From positions 5,949 through 69,948 of the forward strand of contig DATJXA010000183.1 in the NCBI GenBank assembly GCA_035500675.1: DNA of 64,000 nucleotides, written 5' to 3'. Source of the DNA: Bacteroidota bacterium (GTDB lineage: Bacteria > Bacteroidota > Ignavibacteria > UBA10030 > UBA8401). The position numbers were made by a program, and so were the translations under genes. Under the pieces are notes generated by a model. It was given only the letters and a program-made list of their open reading frames with translations, was not told the DNA's origin and searched no databases. Shown in pieces: positions 19,175-29,698 of the stretch (its first letter is position 1; every line of letters starts with the position of its first letter).

Positions 19175-19666
19175 ATGGGTAAAGTATTTTCGCTTTCGGA
19201 GTTGAAAGATATGCGTCGGGTGTGGAAAGAGCGAGAAAAAAAAATCGTCTTTACCAACGGCGTCTTCGATATTTTGCATCGCGGACACGTCGAATACCTC
19301 TCGGCGGCGAAATCTCTTGCGGACGTTCTGATTGTCGGGGTCAACAGCGACGCATCTGTCAAGAAGATCAAAGGGCCTCGTCGCCCTGTGGTTGGCCAAG
19401 ATGACCGCGCATTTCTTGTTTCATCTCTTTCGCCTGTCGATGCAGTATGTATTTTCGACGAGGAGACCCCGTACGAAACTATCAGCGCTCTTCTTCCGGA
19501 TATTTTGGTAAAAGGGGCCGATTGGAGTATCGATACTGTTGTCGGGAAAGACATTGTCGAAGGTTCCGGAGGGAAAGTCCTCACCATTCCGCTTGTTCCC
19601 CAGCGATCGACGACAAACATCATCGCAAAGATCCGGGAAATGTACAACGATCAGCCCAAGGGATGA
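19175..19666 (+). CDS. hldC: D-glycero-beta-D-manno-heptose-1-phosphate adenylyltransferase (RfaE domain II, stand-alone)
   Basis: 163 aa. Cytidylyltransferase-fold motif VFTNGVFDILHRGHVEYL. Stop TGA abuts the ATG of the next gene. Confidence 0.88.
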   Translation: MGKVFSLSELKDMRRVWKEREKKIVFTNGVFDILHRGHVEYLSAAKSLADVLIVGVNSDASVKKIKGPRRPVVGQDDRAFLVSSLSPVDAVCIFDEETPYETISALLPDILVKGADWSIDTVVGKDIVEGSGGKVLTIPLVPQRSTTNIIAKIREMYNDQPKG

Positions 19667-22600
19667 ATGGTTCGCAAGACGTCGAAAATATTAACGTATA
19701 TATGCGGCGCAGTCATCGTTCTGCTCTTCGCGGCCGGTGGGTTTACGCAGACGTCCCTGTTCAGGCAAACGCTCAGGTCGACGCTCTACAAGGTTCTCGC
19801 TGCAAACCTCAACGCCTCGGTTTTTTTGGGTGACATCAAAGGGAATCTCTTCACCGGTATTTCGCTCGACACAGTCGCCATCTACGTTGATAACGCTCCT
19901 TTTGTTGAAGCCCGGAATGTTCACGTCCGGTACGACCCGTTCCCCCTCTGGAATAAGAAAGTATCGATCGGAAACGTCGAAATCGACCATCCGACAGTTT
20001 CGATTATCCGTTTTGCTGACGGAACATGGAATGTAGACCGCCTGTCAAAAAAGAAATCAACGCCGGATAGCCTTTCGTCGCCCTGGGTCGTTGCCGTCCG
20101 AGGTCTGCACATTACGAACGCGCGTCTGCGGATGATCGATTCGACAGCTTCCGGCCGCAGTTCACTTCCCGATTCAATCGCGAAAAGGACGATCGATTTT
20201 TCAAACCTCGACCTTCAGAATATCAATATCGACTTATCGGCGACAATTTCCGATGAGGAACAATCCGCAACCATTAAGAACATTTCGTTTGTTTCCCCCC
20301 GCGACGGGTTTATTTTGACGAAGCTTTCCGGCAGCCTTCACCACACGCCGACTTTTTCCGAAGCAAAAAACCTTTTCATTGAAACGCCGTCTTCGCACAT
20401 CGAGCTTAACGCAAAGATGAGCTCTGCCGACGTCTTCAAAATCAAAGATATCGGCGCGTTGCGTTTTACGCCTGTGGAGTGTTCTCTTGCGTCGAGCACC
20501 GTGGCGGCGCGCGATCTTCAATACTTCCTTCCGTCTCTCAACTTTCTCAGAGGTTCGGTTCAGGTCGAATGTGTTCTCGACGGTCTTTTTGGCGACGTGA
20601 AGGTCAAGAAATTGCAGGCACATTTTGGCCATTCAAAGATCATTCTTGAAGGAAGCGTTCTCAATCTCTACCGTCCAAAGGATCTTACGCTCGATATCGA
20701 ATCGAAGGGGACCGTTATTCAGCCGTCCGACGCGCCAGCGCTTCTTCCGTTTTTTCACATTCCGGATTACGGAGTCGCAGGTCCGCTCGCATTGGACTTC
20801 CATTACACCGGTGAGCCGCTAAATTTCAACGTCGATGCGCGGATGTCGATGGCTGCCGGAGAGATCTCCGTTAACGGAGGGTTGAATCTCACCAAACCGG
20901 TCATGAGTTACCGCGCGACATTCGGCGGTGCAGGCCTCGATGTCGGAAGATTTTTTTTGAACCCTTCGCTTCGTTCGCATCTTGATTTTTCCGGCAGTGT
21001 TGAAGGCCAAGGGACGTCCATCGAAGAATTGAATTCCAGAGCCACGGTTTCCTTCGATTCATCCATGTTTCACGACGTACCGATATCTTCCCTCCGCGCC
21101 GACGTTACCGCCGCGAATAGAAAAATCTCCATTTCGGCCGACGCGCGGTCGCCAAAAGGCGGAGCAGCAATCGAATCGGAGCTCGATTATTCTGCGGGAG
21201 ATGTCCCTTCGTATTCGCTTCGTGGAAAACTTTCCCACTGCGATCTCGAGGCGGTGCTCAAAGAAAGCAAGTATTCCTCCGATTGCTCTGTTTCCTTCGA
21301 TGTAAAAGGAAATAATTTTTTGCACGAAGAGATGAACGGAGATCTTGAAGCCCAATTTTCCCCCTCCCGTTTTGGCACATACGCATTCGACAGTGCCGGG
21401 ACAGAAATCCACCTTGCGACGGATTCCCTGCATGGGAAGATGCTGACGGTGAGCTCTCCTATCGCCGATGGGTCCATCGAGGGCCGCTTCACCTATCGCG
21501 GAATTGTGAAGACGATCTTGGCCCATCTGGGAGAAGCGAAACGAGCATACGAAAAACAGCGCGCGATCTTTGATTCAACGGACACGCAGGGTTTCGGAGA
21601 AACACCGATGCAGACAGACACGGTCGAACATCTGTCGGCTGTTGAAAAGGATAGCATCCGCTATTCGTTCCATCTAAAAAACCTTGAACCGCTTTCAATC
21701 TTTCTCGACAATGGGACATTCGCCGCCGTCGGAGATGTTCAGGGAATGTTTGTTGGAGACGTTGATACGCTCTCGGCAAGCGGGTCCGTCCATATTACAT
21801 CCGCAAAGTATTCATCGAGTACGTCACTCTTGCTGGCGGAGAGCCTTGCCGTCGACTATTCTATGGAGAAGTTGACGAAAGACAGCCTGCTTTCCGACAC
21901 GTACAGCCCCCACATCACGGTAAAGGCGCATGCAGGGAAGGTCCTAGCAGGGGAATCGTACTATCGCGACGCCGACGTCGATTTCATGTTTCATAATCGG
22001 CGAGCTGAATACTCTGTGGCGGGGGAGATCGACAGCACAATACGGTTCGGCATCGATGGCAGAGGAACAGTCACCCCATCAGCATACAAACTTGTTTTTG
22101 ACACGTTCTCTCTCCGTTATCTCGATTACGAACTTAATATGGCGAAACAATTTTCAGTGAGCATCGATAAGAACGGTATCGCAGTCGACACTGCGGAGTT
22201 TGTTCATCAGGACGAAGAGCTTGCAATTGGCGGGGCAATGAATTATGGAGGGACGGTTGGAGCATTCGTCCGGCTGAAGAACTTTACACTTTCAAACATC
22301 TATCACTTTGGCAAGTCGCAGGACTACAGGGCAAATGCGTTGGCGTTCGAAGGAACAGTGAACGCTCACGGGGTGATTTCAGGGACGGTGAAATATCCTG
22401 AAATAGTCGCCGAGCTTGATGCATCAAATTTAGCTTATCGCGGGACGGAATTCGGGTTCGTCACGAGCTCGATGCACTACAGCAACAAGGTCGTTGATTG
22501 CACGCTTCAACTTGCGAAAACTCCTCAGGCCCGCGACGATTACGAACTGTTTGTCAGCGGATCGATCCCGATGGATCTAGCCCTCGATTCCGTCTCGAAT

Positions 22601-24223
22601 CGCTTCTCGATCCAAGGCGTCGACATGTATTTAAAATCACGCGACTTTGACATCAGCATTCTCGACCCTTTCATCGCTCAATTGGACGAAATGAAAGGAA
22701 CAATGGCCGGCTCCATTCATTGCACCGGATCGCTCGAATCTCCATTGTTCGACGGAAGCATGGATTTGCACGGCGTTCAATTTCTTTTTCCGATGAACAA
22801 CATGACGTATCAGGCCGAGGGAAAAATTGAAGTTCAGGGAAACAAGGTATTGTTCACCTCTCTTACTGCAAAAAACTTGTATGAGGATTACACTTCGGGA
22901 AAAATTGACTTCGGCGGGTACCTGACGCTCCAGGGCTTCGTCCCCGTTGAATACCATCTTACCGCGAAGGGCGAACTCAAAGTATTGCAAGAAGCATCGC
23001 GTACAACGGATGAAGGCGTATATGGCGATCTCATCGCCGCGACGGGCAACGAAGGGTTATCTTTCGACGGAACCTATGCAAGCTCGCGGTTGACCGGCTC
23101 TTTGTTTGTTAAGCAGGCATCGCTCACATTTCCTCCAACCAAGCAGGCGTCGAGCCTCGTTTCTTCACGCGGTGTCAATGTTGTTGTCGTCGACGACACA
23201 TCGAAACCGAACCGAGATTCTCTTTTCGGCCCGAATTTGTTCGCCTTCCTGCGGCCGAAGAACGAGGCCCGGTCGTCGAACGAAGGGTCTTTTCTCGACG
23301 GGCTGAGCTACGATCTTGCGATTCAAACGGACGGCATCGTGCAGATCCGCATGATCTTTAATCCGGCGACGAACGAAGAACTGTTCGCGGACTTGAACGG
23401 TAAGCTGCGGCTCAGCAAGGAGGGGAACGACGTTCGTCTTATCGGAACAATCAACGTCTCCGATAAATCGAACTATAAATTCTACAAGCAATTCGACGCT
23501 TCGGGGACGCTGCGGTTTACGGGAAGGCCGGATAATCCGGAGCTCAACATCAAAGCAACATACACCGGCTCTCATGTGAAGTCCGAGAACCCGCTCCTCA
23601 GTTCGAATCAAAAGGAAACGACATCTTCATCCACAGAAAAAGTCGTCGTCTCGCTGACGATCACCGGTACGCGGTACGACCCCAAGGTGAAGATCGGTCT
23701 GTCAACCTTCGACGACAACGGCAACGAAACGGAACGCACCGGCGATGTGGAATCCGACGCCATTTCATTCCTTCTTACGTCGACGCCGGACAGTCCGGGA
23801 AAATTCCGAGACGATTTGACATCGAACGATAAACAAGGGATCGCAAACTCTCTCGGCGGGTCCATCGGCGGGTCATTTATTGCAGGGTTTACGAATACTC
23901 TTCTGTCCGGAATGATGATGGACTTCCTTCGGTCGAACAATATCAATATGGTGAGCACGGTAGAGTTCAGGTACTCCGGCACATCGCCGGACTTGCGCCT
24001 CAGCGGAGTGATCGGCAACGCATTTTGGTCTTTTGGCGGGAAAGTGTTCAACGATATCAACAACGCGAACGTCAGCTTACAGTGGTCTCTCGGGTCTATT
24101 GTCCAGAACGAAAGCCTCCGCAATTTCATGTTCGAAGTAGACCGCAAAGCCGACCCTCTCGAAACGAGCGATTTGCGCCGTCCTACAAGCGGCGCTCGGA
24201 TTTACTACAAATTTGCCTTTTAA
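19667..24223 (+). CDS. tamB: Translocation and assembly module protein TamB-like (AsmA-like/DUF490 giant periplasm-spanning protein)
   Basis: 1518 aa. Single N-terminal TM (ILTYICGAVIVLLFAAGGF). TamB-like N-terminus (LGDIKGNLFTGISLDTVAIY..VSIGNVEIDHPTVSIIRFADGTWN). Long beta-rich repetitive body and a DUF490-like C-terminus. Confidence 0.8.
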   Translation: MVRKTSKILTYICGAVIVLLFAAGGFTQTSLFRQTLRSTLYKVLAANLNASVFLGDIKGNLFTGISLDTVAIYVDNAPFVEARNVHVRYDPFPLWNKKVSIGNVEIDHPTVSIIRFADGTWNVDRLSKKKSTPDSLSSPWVVAVRGLHITNARLRMIDSTASGRSSLPDSIAKRTIDFSNLDLQNINIDLSATISDEEQSATIKNISFVSPRDGFILTKLSGSLHHTPTFSEAKNLFIETPSSHIELNAKMSSADVFKIKDIGALRFTPVECSLASSTVAARDLQYFLPSLNFLRGSVQVECVLDGLFGDVKVKKLQAHFGHSKIILEGSVLNLYRPKDLTLDIESKGTVIQPSDAPALLPFFHIPDYGVAGPLALDFHYTGEPLNFNVDARMSMAAGEISVNGGLNLTKPVMSYRATFGGAGLDVGRFFLNPSLRSHLDFSGSVEGQGTSIEELNSRATVSFDSSMFHDVPISSLRADVTAANRKISISADARSPKGGAAIESELDYSAGDVPSYSLRGKLSHCDLEAVLKESKYSSDCSVSFDVKGNNFLHEEMNGDLEAQFSPSRFGTYAFDSAGTEIHLATDSLHGKMLTVSSPIADGSIEGRFTYRGIVKTILAHLGEAKRAYEKQRAIFDSTDTQGFGETPMQTDTVEHLSAVEKDSIRYSFHLKNLEPLSIFLDNGTFAAVGDVQGMFVGDVDTLSASGSVHITSAKYSSSTSLLLAESLAVDYSMEKLTKDSLLSDTYSPHITVKAHAGKVLAGESYYRDADVDFMFHNRRAEYSVAGEIDSTIRFGIDGRGTVTPSAYKLVFDTFSLRYLDYELNMAKQFSVSIDKNGIAVDTAEFVHQDEELAIGGAMNYGGTVGAFVRLKNFTLSNIYHFGKSQDYRANALAFEGTVNAHGVISGTVKYPEIVAELDASNLAYRGTEFGFVTSSMHYSNKVVDCTLQLAKTPQARDDYELFVSGSIPMDLALDSVSNRFSIQGVDMYLKSRDFDISILDPFIAQLDEMKGTMAGSIHCTGSLESPLFDGSMDLHGVQFLFPMNNMTYQAEGKIEVQGNKVLFTSLTAKNLYEDYTSGKIDFGGYLTLQGFVPVEYHLTAKGELKVLQEASRTTDEGVYGDLIAATGNEGLSFDGTYASSRLTGSLFVKQASLTFPPTKQASSLVSSRGVNVVVVDDTSKPNRDSLFGPNLFAFLRPKNEARSSNEGSFLDGLSYDLAIQTDGIVQIRMIFNPATNEELFADLNGKLRLSKEGNDVRLIGTINVSDKSNYKFYKQFDASGTLRFTGRPDNPELNIKATYTGSHVKSENPLLSSNQKETTSSSTEKVVVSLTITGTRYDPKVKIGLSTFDDNGNETERTGDVESDAISFLLTSTPDSPGKFRDDLTSNDKQGIANSLGGSIGGSFIAGFTNTLLSGMMMDFLRSNNINMVSTVEFRYSGTSPDLRLSGVIGNAFWSFGGKVFNDINNANVSLQWSLGSIVQNESLRNFMFEVDRKADPLETSDLRRPTSGARIYYKFAF

Positions 24224-24234
24224 TCGGATTACAA

Positions 24235-26418
24235 ATGGGAAAAAAAATTACGGGCGCATCGTTGGAACAGCGCGCCGCGGAATTCTTCGATGCTCATCCT
24301 CATGAGGGTTTTAGATCGAGACAGGTTGCGAAGCGCCTGAGCATCAAAGATGAAAAAGAATTTCAATCGCTGCGCGATGTGCTGCACATGATGGTGGACA
24401 AGAAAACCCTGTCCTACGGACGCAAAAATGGATATTCGCGCAATTCCCAAGCGCGCACCGTGCGCGGCATCCTCTCGATGAGCAAGCAGGGATACGGTTT
24501 TGTGTCGACGCCCGGGTCCGAATTCGGCGAAATCTTCATCGGTCCGAACTCGCTCGGCACCGCATTGGACGGGGATACCGTCGACGTCTCCCCGTTCGCA
24601 GTCCGGCGCGGCAGCGCTCAGGATGGGAAAAAGATCGAGGGGGAGATCATCCGCGTCCTGTCGCGCAGTCACACGGAATTTGTAGGGACGCTTGCACAGA
24701 GCAAGAATTTCTTTTTTGTTGAAGTTGACGACCGGAAAATCCCGCGCGACATCTATGTGGCACAGGAGCATCTCCACGGAGCGGTCCCGGGCGATAAAGT
24801 CGTTGTCGCTTTCGAATCATGGGACGACGATCTCCGGAATCCCGAAGGGAGAATTATTGAGATCATAGGCCGCTCGGGCGATTCGAGCGCCGAAGTCGCT
24901 TCGGTCATAAAAGCCTTTCGGCTTCCGACATCATTTCCGAGGGATGTAGAATCGTACGCCGCAAATGTTCCCGCGGCTATCCCGCAAGAAGAGATCGTGC
25001 GTCGGAGAGATCTTCGTTCTCTGGCATCCTTCACGATCGACCCTTATGACGCAAAGGATTTTGACGACGCCATCTCGGTTGAAGTGTTAACGGACAAGAC
25101 GGTCCGCATCGGGGTCCATATTGCGGACGTGAGCGCGTATGTGAAAGAAGGGACGGTGCTCGACCGCGAAGCGTTCGCGCGCGGCACGAGCGTATACCTT
25201 GCGAACCAGGTCGTCCCGATGCTTCCGGAGAAATTGTCGAACGACCTCTGCAGCCTTAAACCCAACGTCGACCGCCTGACATTCTCATGCATCATGGACG
25301 TCTCGGAGAAGGGAAAGGTTGCTCGCTATGAAATTGTCCGGAGCATCATCAACTCCAAAAGACGTTTCACGTATGAAGAAGTTGAAGAAATTTTGAAGTC
25401 GGGAAAAGGGCCGCATGCGGAGGCGCTGACGACGGCATGGGAGCTGGCACAACGCCTTAAAGCGAAACGAATGAAGAACGGCAGCATCGATTTCGATTCG
25501 CCCGAAGCGAAGTTCAAATACGATGAGCATGGGAAGCCGGTTGAGGTGATGATCAAAAGCCGGTTGATGAGTCACCAGCTTGTCGAAGAATGTATGCTGC
25601 TTGCAAATCAAACCGTCGCGACGCACATCGGCAAGCCCCAGAAAGAAACGGACATTCAGCCTTTCATCTACCGAATTCATGACTCGCCCGATGTGGAAAA
25701 GCTCCGGGAGTTGGCGGTTTTTGTCAAGAAGTTCGGCCACACGTTAAACGTCGGGGGTTCCGTCTCGTCAAAAGAATTGCAGAAATTGTTGAACGACGTA
25801 AAAGGAACGCCCGAAGAAAATGTCATTAACGAAGTTGCCTTGCGGGCGATGGCGAAGGCGGTATATTCGGAAAAAAATATCGGACATTACGGGCTCGCGT
25901 TCGACTATTATACACACTTTACCTCTCCTATCCGCCGGTATCCCGACCTCGCCGTCCATCGCATGCTCGACGAATATGCAAAAGGCATGCCGCACGCACG
26001 GCGCGAGCACTACATCGCCGAACTTCCCCATATTTGTAAATGGTCTTCCGACAGGGAACGCGTCGCGATGGAAGCTGAGCGCGCTTCGGTGAAAGTAATG
26101 CAAGCTGAGTACATGAAACAGCATGTCGGCGACGAGTTTGAAGGAGTGATTTCAGGGGTCACGAACTACGGGATGTATATCGAGATCAACGACCTCCTTG
26201 TGGAAGGAATGATCCATGTCCGCAACATCGGCGACGATTACTACGAACACGACGAGAAGCATTATTCGCTGGTGGGACGGCGGACCGGACGGCGCTACCG
26301 GCTCGGCGATGCGATCGTTGTGAAGGTCGTAAAGGTCAATGTCGAAAAGAGGGAAATTGATTTTGCCTGCGTCGAAGAAGGCGCGGCTCCTGTGAAAAGG
26401 AAGCGGCGGGGACGTTAG
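24235..26418 (+). CDS. rnr: Ribonuclease R
   Basis: ATG 24235. The track ORF from 24025 overlaps tamB. RNB domain (IDPYDAKDFDDAISV, LANQVVPMLPEKLSNDLCSL, YTHFTSPIRRYPDL) and S1 domain (FEGVISGVTNYGMYIEI). Confidence 0.96.
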   Translation: MGKKITGASLEQRAAEFFDAHPHEGFRSRQVAKRLSIKDEKEFQSLRDVLHMMVDKKTLSYGRKNGYSRNSQARTVRGILSMSKQGYGFVSTPGSEFGEIFIGPNSLGTALDGDTVDVSPFAVRRGSAQDGKKIEGEIIRVLSRSHTEFVGTLAQSKNFFFVEVDDRKIPRDIYVAQEHLHGAVPGDKVVVAFESWDDDLRNPEGRIIEIIGRSGDSSAEVASVIKAFRLPTSFPRDVESYAANVPAAIPQEEIVRRRDLRSLASFTIDPYDAKDFDDAISVEVLTDKTVRIGVHIADVSAYVKEGTVLDREAFARGTSVYLANQVVPMLPEKLSNDLCSLKPNVDRLTFSCIMDVSEKGKVARYEIVRSIINSKRRFTYEEVEEILKSGKGPHAEALTTAWELAQRLKAKRMKNGSIDFDSPEAKFKYDEHGKPVEVMIKSRLMSHQLVEECMLLANQTVATHIGKPQKETDIQPFIYRIHDSPDVEKLRELAVFVKKFGHTLNVGGSVSSKELQKLLNDVKGTPEENVINEVALRAMAKAVYSEKNIGHYGLAFDYYTHFTSPIRRYPDLAVHRMLDEYAKGMPHARREHYIAELPHICKWSSDRERVAMEAERASVKVMQAEYMKQHVGDEFEGVISGVTNYGMYIEINDLLVEGMIHVRNIGDDYYEHDEKHYSLVGRRTGRRYRLGDAIVVKVVKVNVEKREIDFACVEEGAAPVKRKRRGR

Positions 26419-26548
26419 GAATCTTTCGCCTGTGTGACACGTTGTACAAAAAGGTTAAAGTGTAAAGTGCAAAATTAAAAATTGTCCATACGTTCATTTT
26501 GAATTTTACATCGTACTTGCCACTTTTAACTCTCTATCTGAGGACTCT

Positions 26549-29500
26549 ATGAGGTTGCGTTTTCTGACCGTTGGGTTTTTGATCGCGGTGGGGCTATCGA
26601 ACGTTGTGGCTCAAGAAGCGGATTTTGGGGAAAACAAAGTTCAGTACAAGAAATTCAATTGGTCGTACATCCAGACGAGCCATTTCGATATCTATTTCAG
26701 CCAGGGGGGAGAATACCTTGCGGACTTCACGGCCGCCGCGGCTGAATCCGCCTACACGATGATCACGAAAAGCTTCCGGTATCAGACCAACAACCGGATT
26801 CCGATCATGGTGTACAACTCTCACAATGATTTTCAGCAGACGAACGTCCTCTCGGAGTACCTCGAGGAAGGGACCGGCGGCGTCACCGAGCTTTTCAAGA
26901 ACCGCATGGTAATTCCGTTCGAGGGCAATTATCGGATGTTCCGGCACGTCATCCATCATGAAATGGTCCACGCCATTTTTAACGACATGTTCTACGGCGG
27001 ATCGATCCAGTCGATCATTTCGAACAACATCCGGCTTCAGCTCCCCATGTGGTTCAACGAAGGAATGGCGGAATATCAATCGTTGGGGTGGGACAATAAT
27101 TCAGACATGTTCATGCGCGATGCAACGATCCACACGTATCTCCCCCCGATCGATTATCTCAGCGGATACTTCGCATATCGCGGCGGACAGTCTGTGTGGA
27201 ATTATATCGCTGACAAGTACGGCGATCAAAAAATTGCCGAAATCCTCAATCGCATCAAAGGGACCCGCAGCATCGAGCAGGGTTTCAAAAGCGCTCTCGG
27301 CCTCAGCATCTCCGAACTGAGCGATCGTTGGCAAAAGGAACAGAAAGTGATGTACTGGCCGGATATTGCGAAGCGGGAAGACCCCGCCGATTTTGCAACG
27401 CGGATCACGAACCATGCGAAGGAATCGAATTTCTATAACACGAGCCCTTCGATCTCGCCGCAAGGCGACAAGATCGCCTTTATCTCCGACCGAGACGATT
27501 ACTTTGACGTGTTCATCATTTCGACGATCGATAATAAGGTCACTAAGCTTGTCGACGGATATAGCACGAAAAATTTTGAAGAGTTACACCTTCTCACGCC
27601 GGGCATTACCTGGTCCCCCGACGGAAAGAAGATCGCTCTTGCCGTCAAAAGCGGCGATGCCGATGCCATTTTCATCGTCGATGTCGAGACGGGGAAGCAA
27701 GAGAAATTAGAATTCAAGCTGGACGGAATTTTTTCGGTCGATTGGTCGCCGAAGGGCGATAAACTCGCATTCGTCGGCGACAACACGAAGCAGTCGGATA
27801 TCTACGTGTACGACCTCGCGACGAAAGACCTCACCAATCTCACAGACGACGTTTTTTCCGACTCGGATCCGCACTGGTCGCCCGACGGGAAGACGGTCTA
27901 TTTTGTTTCCGACAGGAGAGATTACGTTCGGCGCGATGAAATATCTCGTAACTTCAAAATGTGGAAGTTCGATTATTCGCAGCTGGATATCTACTCTATG
28001 AATATCGAGACGTCGGAGATGAAACGCATCACCGATTATCCTAAAAGCGATGAGACCTCTCCCGTTATTTCTCCCGACGGAACAAAAATGCTCTATGTGT
28101 CTGACCGGAACGGGATCGGAAACATTTACGAACGCGACCTCGCCACCGGTGCTGACCGGCCGATCACCAACTCGATAAGCGGCGTCTTCCAACTCTCCCT
28201 TTCTGCCGATGGGAACAAGCTCTCTTTCGCTGCATTCGAAAACGGAGGGTTCGATATATTTCTTATGAAAGCGCCGTTTGAGAAGAAGCTTGATGTCGCG
28301 ACACTCGAGCCGACAGAGTACCTGAAACGCGAACAGCAGCTCGTTCAAAAAACGCAGACCCCCGCCGGGGCAGAGACAGGCAAAGATTCGACGCTCCTTG
28401 CGGACTCCGAATCGGGAAAAGACACGACGGGAGTTTACGGAGATAAGGTGCGCATCGATTTTCATAACTATGTTTTTTCTGACGAACAAACGAAAGAGAA
28501 ACCTGCTCCGCCGGCGGCAACGTCGAGCGAGAGTCAGCTTGACACAAGCCTCTATCTCGATGCGAACGGCGACTATAAGGTCAACAAGTACAAGCTCAAT
28601 TTTTCGCCGGACATTATTTACGGCAATGCGGCATACAGCACGTTCTACGGCGTTCAGGGAACGACGATGATGGCTTTCAGCGATATGCTGGGCGACCACC
28701 AGATCTATTTTCTGACGAATCTTTTACTCGACCTCAAGAACAGTGATTACGTTCTTGCGTACTATTATCTCCCTTTAAAGATCGACTACGGTATCCAGGG
28801 GTACCACAGTGCGCGTTTCCTCTATCTGTACGATTACAACGGCGATCTCGCCCTTTATCGTTTTACGACATGGGGCGTCGCGACCTCCGCTTCCGACCCG
28901 CTCGATAAATTCAACCGCTTCGATTTCGGACTCAGCTGGTTGAACCTCGCGCGCGAGAACCTCGACTACCCGGACGAGCCGGCGCAACGACGTACATTAT
29001 TGATGCCGACACTGGACTTTGTCCATGATAACTCGCTCTGGGGCTACACAGCGCCTAATAACGGGACAAGATACAATATCAGCGCGATGATCAGTCCCTC
29101 CATTTCGTCGGGTTCGGAGGGGCTCGATTTTCAGACGTTCACTCTCGATTACCGGACGTATGAAAAATTCTGGAAGGACTATTCGTTTGTCATCCGATGG
29201 GCCGGGGGTTTAAGCATGGGCAGGAACCCTCAAAGATTCTTTATCGGCGGGACAGATGGTTGGATCAACCGCGAATTTGCGAATAACGACATTCCAATCC
29301 AAAATGTGGAAGACTATGCGTTCCTTTCTCCGGCGCTGCCGTTGCGCGGCTTCGACTATAACGAGAAAAATGGGACAAAGTATGGATTGATGAATTACGA
29401 ACTTCGCTTCCCGCTCATTCGTTATCTCGTAACGGGGGGAGTGCCGCTCGCATTGGAAAATATCACCGGTGCTACGTTTATCGATGTTGGATCTTCGTGG

Positions 29501-29698
29501 ACGGATAATAAGGCATTTCGCTTCTTCGAGAAAGATCCGGATGGAAATACGGTTGCCGAGGATCTGCTCATGGGCACAGGTTTTGGCGCGCGACTGATTT
29601 TGTTCGGTCTTCCGCTAAAGTTCGATGTCGCATGGGCGTTCGACGGTCAAAGCTTTTCGATCCCCAAATATTACATTTCACTCGGTCAAGATTTTTAG
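26549..29698 (+). CDS. Outer-membrane fusion protein: peptidase-MA-like (HExxH) domain + TolB-like beta-propeller repeats + Omp85-type barrel
   Basis: 1049 aa with a signal peptide. HEMVH followed by NEGMAEY (gluzincin pattern). Repeated PD40 motifs (SPQGDKIAFISDR, WSPDGKKIALAV, WSPDGKTVYFVSDR, ISPDGTKMLYVSDR). C-terminus GTGFGARLILFGLPLKFDVAWAF..ISLGQDF resembles the Omp85 barrel end. Confidence 0.75.
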   Translation: MRLRFLTVGFLIAVGLSNVVAQEADFGENKVQYKKFNWSYIQTSHFDIYFSQGGEYLADFTAAAAESAYTMITKSFRYQTNNRIPIMVYNSHNDFQQTNVLSEYLEEGTGGVTELFKNRMVIPFEGNYRMFRHVIHHEMVHAIFNDMFYGGSIQSIISNNIRLQLPMWFNEGMAEYQSLGWDNNSDMFMRDATIHTYLPPIDYLSGYFAYRGGQSVWNYIADKYGDQKIAEILNRIKGTRSIEQGFKSALGLSISELSDRWQKEQKVMYWPDIAKREDPADFATRITNHAKESNFYNTSPSISPQGDKIAFISDRDDYFDVFIISTIDNKVTKLVDGYSTKNFEELHLLTPGITWSPDGKKIALAVKSGDADAIFIVDVETGKQEKLEFKLDGIFSVDWSPKGDKLAFVGDNTKQSDIYVYDLATKDLTNLTDDVFSDSDPHWSPDGKTVYFVSDRRDYVRRDEISRNFKMWKFDYSQLDIYSMNIETSEMKRITDYPKSDETSPVISPDGTKMLYVSDRNGIGNIYERDLATGADRPITNSISGVFQLSLSADGNKLSFAAFENGGFDIFLMKAPFEKKLDVATLEPTEYLKREQQLVQKTQTPAGAETGKDSTLLADSESGKDTTGVYGDKVRIDFHNYVFSDEQTKEKPAPPAATSSESQLDTSLYLDANGDYKVNKYKLNFSPDIIYGNAAYSTFYGVQGTTMMAFSDMLGDHQIYFLTNLLLDLKNSDYVLAYYYLPLKIDYGIQGYHSARFLYLYDYNGDLALYRFTTWGVATSASDPLDKFNRFDFGLSWLNLARENLDYPDEPAQRRTLLMPTLDFVHDNSLWGYTAPNNGTRYNISAMISPSISSGSEGLDFQTFTLDYRTYEKFWKDYSFVIRWAGGLSMGRNPQRFFIGGTDGWINREFANNDIPIQNVEDYAFLSPALPLRGFDYNEKNGTKYGLMNYELRFPLIRYLVTGGVPLALENITGATFIDVGSSWTDNKAFRFFEKDPDGNTVAEDLLMGTGFGARLILFGLPLKFDVAWAFDGQSFSIPKYYISLGQDF

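Noticed and set aside
24025-24234. 70-aa upstream extension of the RNase R ORF, overlapping the tamB 3' end
   Set aside because: The conserved RNase R N-terminus starts at ATG 24235, just after the tamB stop. The extension is Arg/Pro-rich overlap sequence.
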